This document shows, piece after piece, positions 28,711 to 37,431 of a stretch of DNA of 64,000 bases. Position 1 is the stretch's first letter. Each line of letters begins with the position of its first letter. The DNA is from a virus (taxonomy: Duplodnaviria; Caudoviricetes): positions 1 through 64,000 of IMG/VR virus record IMGVR_UViG_3300013212_000088; one strand, 5' to 3'. The position numbers were made by a program, and so were the translations under genes. A model generated the notes under the pieces. It was not told the DNA's origin. It ran no database searches and was given only the letters and a program-made list of their open reading frames with translations.

Positions 28711-30125
28711 TAGATTCCGTATCTCCCTCTTAATGACTGGAAGTTTTGTTTAACTTCTGCAGCTGATAATGCTCTGTTATATATTTTGTAAGCATAGATA
28801 TTTGCACTTAAATAAGCGTCTGCATTAAAAGCTGATCTACCAATCCAAGCATATTTGTTAACAACATAAGGTACAAAGTTATTTTGAGTGCCATACAATG
28901 TTGTAGCTTGTAAATTAGCATTCATATAAATTCTAGGAGTTTCAGGTGACACTGTATCTGTACTTCCAGGCCCAATAACAAATGTGAAGTTTTGAATTGT
29001 TCCGTTAGTTATTGCTGTTGTAGTAGTTCTAACTCCATTTTGAGTGCCTTGGGTTGTAGATGATCGTGATTCTAAAACAACCTCATTATTACCGCCCCAT
29101 CTTGCAATAGTTAGATAAGCAGTGTTAGTACCAGCTCCATCACTTGTATCTAAAAGCCTTCCCGAGCTGTTTGATGCATTAAACTTAACCCATACATCTA
29201 CAGTGGTTCCAGCAGTAAAAGTATGTGTATATGCTGAAGCTATTTGGATATAATCATTTGAACCATCTAAAAGAATTGATGATGTTAATCCACTACCAGC
29301 AAGAGTGGGACCATTAATTAAAGTAGGATGATAATTGTAACCACTCATATCAGCTAAAACAGTTCCAGAACCAGGATATGATAATGCACTAGCTGGATCA
29401 ATATTAAGAATTAAATTGTCCCTAATAATGTCTTCTTTATATGTGTATCTTGATTTTGTCGCAGCGTAGTTTCTAGCTATTTCTGCATCTGTTAAGGCAC
29501 GATTGTAAATAAACACTTGAGATACATAAATAGCAGCATTACGACCAGCAAAAGCAGGGTTTTTACCTATAAACAGATTACTTGTCGAGCTTCTTAAAGT
29601 TCCTACAATTGAATAACTAACTACTTGCAATCCATTTAGCCAACATTTAACTGTGTTTCCATCATAAGTAAATTGAACATTGTACCAAGTGTAGTCATTT
29701 ATAAATCCAATCTCTTGACCTATTTCTGAACCACTAGAAGAAATAGAAAATTGTAATTGTAAAGCACCAGTATTTCTTTTTCTTATGTCAAACGAAGGAT
29801 ATGGAGATGACACTTGTGAATTGGCAACTACGCAAGTGTTAGTGCCAAAAGTACTAAATGCGCCTGACCAGAACCATACATTTACAGTGATATAATCGTA
29901 ATTGGGTTGAAAATTAGTGGATATAAAATCATCACTACCATCAAAAGCAAAATATCCAGCAAGATTAGAGGAAACTAAAGTGCCATTTTCCAAACCACCT
30001 GTAATTCCATTTCCCGCCAAGCTATATATTAAATTACCAGATCCAGGATAGCATTTAGGATTAGCTGCATCAAAAGCAAATTGTAAATCTTTTGCTACTA
30101 TATTTGGTTGGTAACAGAGTGCCAT
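28710..30125 (-). CDS. LamG/ConA-like protein (2 domains)
   Basis: Two LamG frames. Confidence 0.85.
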   Translation of the reverse strand: MALCYQPNIVAKDLQFAFDAANPKCYPGSGNLIYSLAGNGITGGLENGTLVSSNLAGYFAFDGSDDFISTNFQPNYDYITVNVWFWSGAFSTFGTNTCVVANSQVSSPYPSFDIRKRNTGALQLQFSISSSGSEIGQEIGFINDYTWYNVQFTYDGNTVKCWLNGLQVVSYSIVGTLRSSTSNLFIGKNPAFAGRNAAIYVSQVFIYNRALTDAEIARNYAATKSRYTYKEDIIRDNLILNIDPASALSYPGSGTVLADMSGYNYHPTLINGPTLAGSGLTSSILLDGSNDYIQIASAYTHTFTAGTTVDVWVKFNASNSSGRLLDTSDGAGTNTAYLTIARWGGNNEVVLESRSSTTQGTQNGVRTTTTAITNGTIQNFTFVIGPGSTDTVSPETPRIYMNANLQATTLYGTQNNFVPYVVNKYAWIGRSAFNADAYLSANIYAYKIYNRALSAAEVKQNFQSLRGRYGI

Positions 30126-30126
30126 T

Positions 30127-31245
30127 TTAAATCTCTACTTTAAGCTTTGGCACATCTTTCCTTTCAGCCCATACCGAATAAAAACAATGGATTTTTTGGA
30201 ATAATCTTGCACCAACAAAAACTTTATTATCTCTTATCTCTTTTACAAATATAGTCTTGTTGCCAATTGGAGTAAGATGAACTGTAATTGTTTTGTCATC
30301 CACTAAACCTGTCCAATAATCAGGCAATTCTATAACATTACTACCTTTTAATTCACCACGGAAATAAACAGCATTTTCAGGGCCTTCTAAACTGGTATAT
30401 CTTAATCTCATTCCAGGCTTAGTAGGATGGGGAATAATAAAAGATTTTAAAGTTGCAGAGATTTCTCCATTAACTTCTAAATCGTACTCTGGATTTGTAA
30501 GACCAATACCAACTCTACTATTCAATGTATCAATCACCATTATAGTAGCACCAGTTCCAGTCCTACAGAATTGAATACCTGAAATTGTATCTGTGCCTGG
30601 TCTTAAAACAACAGCAGAAGGAGAACTAAATAAAGGAGCGGAAACAGCAGTCCCAGCATTTACAGAACCACCAACACCAAGTCCACCAGTAATAACAACA
30701 GCACCAGTAGTAGTGTTTGTAGATGCGGAAGATGCTGTAAAGAATGAAGTACCACCAACATTGATACTTCCACCAACACCCACACCTCCAGTAATAATCA
30801 AAGCACCAGTTGAAGTTGATGTTGATGATGAAGAAGATGTAAACTTAGAAACACCGCCAACATTGATACTTCCACCAACACCTACACCGCCAGTTACAAT
30901 TAAAGCTCCTGTTGTTGTGGAAGTTGATGCTGTGGAAGAAGATAGTGTTAATGTACCAGAAGCATTGATATTGATTGCAAATAATTCCCATCTTAGAGAA
31001 TCAGAACCTAAATCATATCCATTTGTACCTGGAACTAACGTGGCTGTTGCAGAATCGTTGAAGGTGGCAAGGATGTTAGTTCCTATGCCACCTCCACCTG
31101 CTGAATAAAAGTTTGAATAACCTACAAAATTAATGGAGTCAGAAGCATTACCAGAAATAGCAATAGATTGTGTGCTGCCAGATCCAGCATTATCATTCCA
31201 GTAGATTTGACCTGAACTAGGGTCTATAATTACATCTACAGGCAT
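30127..31245 (-). CDS. Short fibre-like protein (372 aa) with three 34-aa GGVG repeats and a C-terminal LEGPE domain
   Basis: TGAL..TGGVGVGGS.N.G occurs three times; C-terminus KSFIIPHPTKPGMRLRYTSLEGPE. Confidence 0.8.
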   Translation of the reverse strand: MPVDVIIDPSSGQIYWNDNAGSGSTQSIAISGNASDSINFVGYSNFYSAGGGGIGTNILATFNDSATATLVPGTNGYDLGSDSLRWELFAININASGTLTLSSSTASTSTTTGALIVTGGVGVGGSINVGGVSKFTSSSSSTSTSTGALIITGGVGVGGSINVGGTSFFTASSASTNTTTGAVVITGGLGVGGSVNAGTAVSAPLFSSPSAVVLRPGTDTISGIQFCRTGTGATIMVIDTLNSRVGIGLTNPEYDLEVNGEISATLKSFIIPHPTKPGMRLRYTSLEGPENAVYFRGELKGSNVIELPDYWTGLVDDKTITVHLTPIGNKTIFVKEIRDNKVFVGARLFQKIHCFYSVWAERKDVPKLKVEI

Positions 31246-31249
31246 TTAA

Positions 31250-31507
31250 TTACTCCTTAACGATAATGCACTCGGTATATTCCAATAATTTTTCTATGAT
31301 TGCAATATTTAAATCTTTACTACTGCTTCCCAAATTAGCAAAATCACTACCACTAATAGAAAGTGTGTTTTTGACAATGGTCCTATGTTCAGAATCGAGG
31401 AAGGAAAACACCATACGAATACCTGATTCTATGTTGATGTTCCCTTCCTCAATTTTAATGTATGCATAGTTTTGGTTATGCAAGCAATATATTCTGAATG
31501 TGTGCAT
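31250..31507 (-). CDS. Small hypothetical protein (85 aa) between two fibre genes; possible chaperone
   Basis: TAATG coupling to the upstream fibre gene; composition unlike the fibres. Confidence 0.7.
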   Translation of the reverse strand: MHTFRIYCLHNQNYAYIKIEEGNINIESGIRMVFSFLDSEHRTIVKNTLSISGSDFANLGSSSKDLNIAIIEKLLEYTECIIVKE

Positions 31508-34500
31508 TATTTTTGTTCAATTACGAGTGGTGCATCCAATCTTGAACCATGAATAATATAGTCAACTTTAATAGTCTTCCAGAGTCTTGTCAATGGATCA
31601 CCTGTTAATTGTATTGTAAAGTTATTTTCTGTTTTCTCAACGATATGAGCGTTGTAATTACCCCATGGTGTTAATTGTATTGAGTAATTGCTTCCTGAAA
31701 GTAAGTGCCAGTACTCTGGTAATTCAACAACAATCTTGCCCTTACCTTCCACTGTACCTCTATGATACACACCATGTTCAGGGCCTTCAAGAACACCGTA
31801 CACAAGTCTCATACCTGGTTTTGTCGGGTGTTCAATATCAAAGCTCTTAGTTGTTGCTCTTAAGTTACCGTTAGCATCAATTGAGAACTTAGATGTTGCA
31901 TTAGAAGTTAAACCTCTGATAAAGTAATCTGAAGTGGATGAATCATCTCCTGCAGCAGTAGTGATTGTTAAATAAGTTCCGTTTGATAAAGCTGAACTTG
32001 TAAGTGTAGTTGCTCTTGAAACAGCAACTGTAGTACCATCATCAACAATTGCAGAATCAGCAAATTGTGCAGATGATGTTGTCCATTTTGGAACTGTGTT
32101 GTTGGATAAAGATGCAGCATTTTTAAGTGAAAGTGTATGTACTGTGCCTTCACCAGTTGTTGCGCCAGTGGTTGCAATACCAGAGCCTGCTAAAACACTA
32201 GCTACATAATCACCAGTAGTATCAGTACCTAATGCTACAGAGTTAGCACCAATAGTAAGTGCAACGTTTGAAACATCAGCAGTGCCATCAATTGAGAATG
32301 AACCTGTAACATCTCCAGTCGCAAACGTTACTGTTCTAGATGCAATCCATTTTCCAGCTTGACCTGCTACAGTAGCAGTAGATGCATTACCAGAGAATGT
32401 AGTTGCGGTAATTGTATTACCAAGGGCACTAACACCAGACAATACATATACAGGAGTGGATCCAATAGAAGCATTGCTTCTTGATCCAGTCATATAAATA
32501 GTAGATGTGGTGTCAAGGGTTATGTTTGTATTTGCTGCGTTAGTAGCTGTGCCAGCAGATCCTGCTGTAACAGAAGTTCCAGCGCTTCCAGCAAAAGTTG
32601 CAGTAGTCGCATTACCAGAGAATGTTGTTGCTGTTATTGTATTACCAAGTGCAGAAACACCTGAAAGAACATAAACTTGAGTAGAAGCAATACCAGTAGA
32701 GGAACGTGAACCTAATAAATAAAGTGTGTTTGAAGTATCTGTAACAGTATTAACTGCAACAGCTGAACTTGCAATAGATGCAGTACCTGTTAAGTTAGCA
32801 GTAATTGTTCCAGCAGAGAAGTTACCAGAGCTATCTCTGAATACTAATGTAGAAACAGTATTTGTAGCTGTAGCATTTGAGTTAACAGTAAATGTAGCAT
32901 TTTCTGCTGCTGAACCAATAATTGATATACCGGAACCAGATGCTTGGACACTAGATACGTAGTTACCAGTTGTATCAGTGCCTAAAGCTACAGAATCTGC
33001 TGCAATTGTAAGTGCAACGTTACTTACGTTAGCAGATCCATCAATAGAGAAGGATCCTGTTACATCACCAGTAGCAAAAGTAACTGTTCTAGCATTAGTC
33101 CATGAAGAAGCAGAACCTGTAATTCTAGTAGCGTCAATTACACCAACTGTTCCAGAGAAAACTTCAGAAGTGTTTGTGCCATCAGGAATAAATGTAAAGA
33201 AGCCTGTAGAGTCATCAAATCCAAAGAAACCAGTCTTAGCTGTACCAGAGAAATACTTAAACTCAATACCACGATCTTTATTATCATCAGTACCTGGATT
33301 AGTACCACCAATTGCTCCACCAATGGACAAGATAGGGTCAACGATAGTAGATACAGTTGAGTCAACTGCTGTGGTAGTACCTTGGACAGTTAAGTTACCA
33401 GCAATTGTAAGGTTGTCATTAACGTTTACAGTTCCACCAGTAGAATCTAAGATAAGGTTACCTGTAGAAGTTGTAACTGTTCTGTCAACTAAATTAATCT
33501 GTACTGATCCAAAAGTTGCGCCAGCGGCTGCAAATAAACCAGCTGCATCTCTAAATACAAGTGTAGAGTTTGTATTGGTCGGTGTAGCATTTGAATCAAT
33601 CGTAAAGGCAGTACCTTCACCAGCAGCTCCAATTGTAGAAATACCGCTACCAGAAGTTGCAACGCTAGCTGCATAGTTACCTGTGGTATCAGTACCAAGG
33701 GCAACAGAGTTTGCGCCAATTGTAAGCGCTACATCAGTGACGTTAGCAGAACCATCGATTGAGAATGAACCAGTTACATCACCTGTTGCAAAAGTAACCG
33801 ATCTAGATGCAATCCACTTGCCAGCCTGACCAGCATTAACTGCAGTACCTGCAGCTCCAGCACTTCCAGCAGAAGTTGCAGTAGTCGCATTACCAGAGAA
33901 TGTTGTTGCTGTTATTGTATTACCAAGTGCAGAAACACCTGAAAGAACATAAACTGTAGTCCCAGCAAAACCAGTAGAGGAACGTGAGCCTAATAAATAA
34001 AGTGTATTAGAAGTGTCTGTGACTGTATTAATAACTTGTGAAGAAGTTGCTGTTCCGCTTAAGAAACCAAAAAAAGTTGTTGCGGTAATTGCTGTTCCCG
34101 AGATGTTTGTAGATGAAAGTGCAGTTAAACCAGCAATTGTTGTAGATGATGCACCTAAACTAATTGCAGTAGAGCCAACAGTTATGCTTGAATTGGTTAA
34201 AGAAGCATTAGGAATGTTTGTAGCACCAAAGGATGCAGAATCACCAGAAGCATTGACAAGTAATGTAATACCTGTTCCTGCAAGAAAAGTGAACGTATCC
34301 ATAGCTGCGTCAGGTTGGGCAATATTTGTACCATCTGAAAAATAGAAGAATGAGTTTGAAGCTGGAATATCACTTAAGAAAGCAAGAGTCTTACCAGTAC
34401 CAGCACCAGTACCGCCCTTAAATACGCTTTGGCTTGAATCGTAGAATAAAACACCAGCTACATTTGTATCAGCTACGCCAGCATTAAATCCAAGGTAATC

Positions 34501-34971
34501 TGTTTCAATTCTACCTAAAAATGGATCAAACCAAATCTTAGCTGTAGTTCCAGATCCACCACCATATGTAGCAGAAGGTAAATAGTTTGTAGTACCATTC
34601 CATCCACCAATTACTAAAACTGGATTTGTAGCAGAAGTGGCATAATTAAAAAGTGTTGCTCTTATACTCTGCCCTATACCGGTAGTATCTGGTATAGTAG
34701 GCGAGTTCCAATAGAAGTTTATTTGGGAAGCAGAATTTGCCGTAGCACCACCTGCTCCTGGCAAAATAACAATATCTTTATTACCACCAGAAGTTGGGCC
34801 TGCAGCTTGTTGAGCACCAAAAGCTGTGAAATTAAAAGATTCTGCTTGAGAAGTTTGTGTATTAGCTACTTCAACAATTTCTTCTTCAGGCTGATCAGAT
34901 AGATCTATAGCCATAAAATTTTTCTTTAACGAATCTAAAACTTTTTTTTGAAACTCTTCTTGACTTGCCAT
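31507..34971 (-). CDS. Long tail-fibre-like protein (~1154 aa)
   Basis: Start taken at the second Met (GGAG 7 nt upstream); repeated VTFATGDVTGSFSIDG and ALGTDTTG.Y modules, DDNKDRGIEF module, C-terminal LEGPE domain. Confidence 0.8.
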   Translation of the reverse strand: MASQEEFQKKVLDSLKKNFMAIDLSDQPEEEIVEVANTQTSQAESFNFTAFGAQQAAGPTSGGNKDIVILPGAGGATANSASQINFYWNSPTIPDTTGIGQSIRATLFNYATSATNPVLVIGGWNGTTNYLPSATYGGGSGTTAKIWFDPFLGRIETDYLGFNAGVADTNVAGVLFYDSSQSVFKGGTGAGTGKTLAFLSDIPASNSFFYFSDGTNIAQPDAAMDTFTFLAGTGITLLVNASGDSASFGATNIPNASLTNSSITVGSTAISLGASSTTIAGLTALSSTNISGTAITATTFFGFLSGTATSSQVINTVTDTSNTLYLLGSRSSTGFAGTTVYVLSGVSALGNTITATTFSGNATTATSAGSAGAAGTAVNAGQAGKWIASRSVTFATGDVTGSFSIDGSANVTDVALTIGANSVALGTDTTGNYAASVATSGSGISTIGAAGEGTAFTIDSNATPTNTNSTLVFRDAAGLFAAAGATFGSVQINLVDRTVTTSTGNLILDSTGGTVNVNDNLTIAGNLTVQGTTTAVDSTVSTIVDPILSIGGAIGGTNPGTDDNKDRGIEFKYFSGTAKTGFFGFDDSTGFFTFIPDGTNTSEVFSGTVGVIDATRITGSASSWTNARTVTFATGDVTGSFSIDGSANVSNVALTIAADSVALGTDTTGNYVSSVQASGSGISIIGSAAENATFTVNSNATATNTVSTLVFRDSSGNFSAGTITANLTGTASIASSAVAVNTVTDTSNTLYLLGSRSSTGIASTQVYVLSGVSALGNTITATTFSGNATTATFAGSAGTSVTAGSAGTATNAANTNITLDTTSTIYMTGSRSNASIGSTPVYVLSGVSALGNTITATTFSGNASTATVAGQAGKWIASRTVTFATGDVTGSFSIDGTADVSNVALTIGANSVALGTDTTGDYVASVLAGSGIATTGATTGEGTVHTLSLKNAASLSNNTVPKWTTSSAQFADSAIVDDGTTVAVSRATTLTSSALSNGTYLTITTAAGDDSSTSDYFIRGLTSNATSKFSIDANGNLRATTKSFDIEHPTKPGMRLVYGVLEGPEHGVYHRGTVEGKGKIVVELPEYWHLLSGSNYSIQLTPWGNYNAHIVEKTENNFTIQLTGDPLTRLWKTIKVDYIIHGSRLDAPLVIEQK
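32595..32677. repeat. 83-bp exact intragenic direct repeat (second copy 33873..33955)
   Basis: AAGTTGCAGTAGTCGCATTACCAGAG...GAAAGAACATAAACT is identical at both positions. Confidence 0.85.
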
Positions 34972-34989
34972 ATTCATTCTCCAATTAAA

Positions 34990-35030
34990 TGTTTACTACG
35001 TGTTTACTACGTGTTTACTACGTGTTTACT
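34990..35030. repeat. Intergenic tandem repeat (TGTTTACTACG)x3 + TGTTTACT
   Basis: 11-bp period read directly; lies 7 nt upstream of the GGAG RBS of 31507..34971. Confidence 0.95.
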
Positions 35031-35053
35031 TCTTGTATTTAAAGTTCGATTCC

Positions 35054-35827
35054 TTACTTTCTTAATTGCACAACTTCAATTTTGGTATCTTTTCTTTCAC
35101 CAACAATAAAATAATCAAATGAAATTATTGAATTATCGTTTTGCCCTATTTTTGAAACCGTAAAATAACCTGCTAATTGATTTTTAATGAATAAATTATA
35201 ATTTCCACGAGATGTTAAATGTATTGAATAATTATCTTCTACTAAATATGGCCAATAATCTGGTAGGAAAACCTCTACGTCTCCAATGCCAGATGCTGTT
35301 CCACGTTGATAAGCTCCGTGTTCTGGTCCTTCTAAAGATCCATGTTCTAATATTTTGTTTTTTGGGTCCATTGGGTGAGGTATTTTAAAGCTCTTTGTTA
35401 ATGCTTTAAAACTACCAGCCACTTGAACCATTGTGCCAGATTGTGTAATTAAAGAATCGCTAATTGTGTTATTATCTTGGAATAAAGCAATGGTTCCAGT
35501 AGTACCAGAACCAGAAACCAGAGATGAACCAGTTATATCAAAATTAATGATTCCAGAACTATATGTGATTGTAATTCCAGAACCAGAAGTAAGAGTTTTA
35601 TATTCTAATGTTGTTCCAGCGCCAACAACACCAATTAATGAATTTCCTGAACCAACAGAAGATAAACCAGTACCACCATTTAAAGTTGGAAGAGTGCCAT
35701 TTACCTGTGATTCTAATTGAATTTTAGTTGTAGATTTCCATGCAGTACCGTCCCATGTCCATGTTTTACCATTGGCTATGTGTGTACTTCCTATACTTGG
35801 GGATGATGGAAAATTAAGTGCTGCCAT
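35054..35827 (-). CDS. Virion structural/fibre-like protein (257 aa) with a C-terminal LEGPE domain
   Basis: N-terminal ALNFPSSP..G..H.ANG.TWTWDG..W motif resembles those of T4-like cyanophage virion proteins; KSFKIPHP...LEGPE C-terminus. Confidence 0.75.
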   Translation of the reverse strand: MAALNFPSSPSIGSTHIANGKTWTWDGTAWKSTTKIQLESQVNGTLPTLNGGTGLSSVGSGNSLIGVVGAGTTLEYKTLTSGSGITITYSSGIINFDITGSSLVSGSGTTGTIALFQDNNTISDSLITQSGTMVQVAGSFKALTKSFKIPHPMDPKNKILEHGSLEGPEHGAYQRGTASGIGDVEVFLPDYWPYLVEDNYSIHLTSRGNYNLFIKNQLAGYFTVSKIGQNDNSIISFDYFIVGERKDTKIEVVQLRK

Positions 35828-35889
35828 AAATTACTCTGAAATTAAGGGGAAATCCATTTTCTTATTCTTATAAAAATACAAAATATCTT

Positions 35890-37428
35890 TTAATTTGAAT
35901 CTCTTCTTCTGTTCTCATTATCTTTAAATGATAAAAACCAACCCTTTCTTGCGGTAGCGTTAGCAGTGTCATAGTTTAATTTAAATCCAGGAAAAGAATC
36001 AAAATTATTAACTTTTGCCTTAACTAGAGTTGTTGGAGTAGATGAAGATCCATATGAAGCTACAAAAAATGGATTTGTGTTTATAGCTGAAAAGACTTTA
36101 GTTGTAGATGTATTGTGTGAAGAACCTATACTCACTGAAAACTGACCAAATGGAATAATAGAATATTTTTCAGATGACATTGTTGCTGATGCACCTGAAG
36201 ACAATGTTAAACTTGTATTAGTTGAAACAGATGAAATTGACCCGATCAAAGTATTGACACTGTTGTAAATAACATCTCCAGGATTTAAAGAAGAAAAAGC
36301 AGTTCCAGCGCCAGTTACTGCAGTTAATCCACTTGTAACCGACATTGTTCCTAAGCCATAATTGCTTTTTGGAGTTAACGACTTTACTGCAAAAAAAGAA
36401 ATACCTGTTGAATCACTTGATGGACTAAAGGTATTTGTTGTAGTAGTAGTTCCTATAGATCCAATAACTAAAGATGGAATAAAATCAGTTGTTGCAATTC
36501 CAGAAAGACCAGTAGATGTAGATGATGTGTAATTTTGCAAATCAAATATATTGGAAGATGGGCCTTTGATTGCCATATATAAAATTTGGCTTGTAGATAG
36601 GGAAAAGGTAGAAGTAAATGTTCCTGCAGAAGTAATCGTAAAGCCATCACTATCAAAAGAAGTTACACTAGCTGTTGTAATATTGTTTGTAGCATTTTCA
36701 TACATTGCAAAGCATTTATCATCATAAAAAGCTTGACTTACAGTTGTTCCAGAACCAGTCCCACCCCTCATTCTAAATACTGATGTGCTATTTTTTATTG
36801 TGCCAAATTTAGTTGCACAGCCGAAATTTAATCTTCCTTCATTTTGATTAGCATTATAAGAATATCCAGTACCAGCTGTCAAAATTAAATCTGGTGCAAA
36901 TGTCAATCCAGTTACAGTTCTCGTAGTACCATTAGTCAGGCCTGTATTTAAAAAACCAATATTTGCCTGTATGTCACTACCTGTAAAAAACACAAATACG
37001 ACATCTAAATTACTTGTTGATTCAATTGTGTTTGATAAAGTAAAATCAAGTTTATCTTGTCCAAATACAGGATTAGCAAATTGCCTAATTACAGTTCTAT
37101 CAGAAGATACAATTTCATAAATAAATCTAGTAATAGAGTTTCCAGAAACACTCTTAGTTACAACGGTAGATGCTACATTATGCGTCATGCCAAATACTGA
37201 AGTAAATGCTAAAAGTGATGTATTATTATCGGCAGACAATCCTATGAAACCAATTCCAAAAACCCTATTTGTAGAGCTTTCATCATAAGCATCATTGTCA
37301 CTTCCATTTGTGTAATAACAAATGGCAAATTTAGGTATTCCAAAACCAGGCGGAGTATAAATTGTCTCCGCTATATTAGTTGTAACACCACTTGGTGGAA
37401 ATCTTCTTCTAACTACGCAAGTCTTCAT
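35890..37428 (-). CDS. Virion structural/fibre-like protein (512 aa)
   Basis: Ser/Thr/Gly-rich; repeated F.P.L motifs; GTMSVTSG..AVTG.GT.F.....GD module like those of phage tail-fibre head-binding regions. Confidence 0.6.
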   Translation of the reverse strand: MKTCVVRRRFPPSGVTTNIAETIYTPPGFGIPKFAICYYTNGSDNDAYDESSTNRVFGIGFIGLSADNNTSLLAFTSVFGMTHNVASTVVTKSVSGNSITRFIYEIVSSDRTVIRQFANPVFGQDKLDFTLSNTIESTSNLDVVFVFFTGSDIQANIGFLNTGLTNGTTRTVTGLTFAPDLILTAGTGYSYNANQNEGRLNFGCATKFGTIKNSTSVFRMRGGTGSGTTVSQAFYDDKCFAMYENATNNITTASVTSFDSDGFTITSAGTFTSTFSLSTSQILYMAIKGPSSNIFDLQNYTSSTSTGLSGIATTDFIPSLVIGSIGTTTTTNTFSPSSDSTGISFFAVKSLTPKSNYGLGTMSVTSGLTAVTGAGTAFSSLNPGDVIYNSVNTLIGSISSVSTNTSLTLSSGASATMSSEKYSIIPFGQFSVSIGSSHNTSTTKVFSAINTNPFFVASYGSSSTPTTLVKAKVNNFDSFPGFKLNYDTANATARKGWFLSFKDNENRRRDSN

Positions 37429-37431
37429 ATT

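Noticed and set aside
1267-30125. Diversity-generating retroelement or shufflon acting on the LamG array
   Set aside because: No reverse transcriptase, no template/variable repeat pair differing only at adenines, no invertase and no inverted cassettes in the window; all genes are co-oriented.
34942-34949. A8 tract in the 5' end of the 1154-aa gene as a phase-variation or frameshift site
   Set aside because: Such runs are common at this AT content, and there is no alternative-frame product to explain.
34990-35030. CRISPR-like array
   Set aside because: 11-bp units with no spacers; too short.
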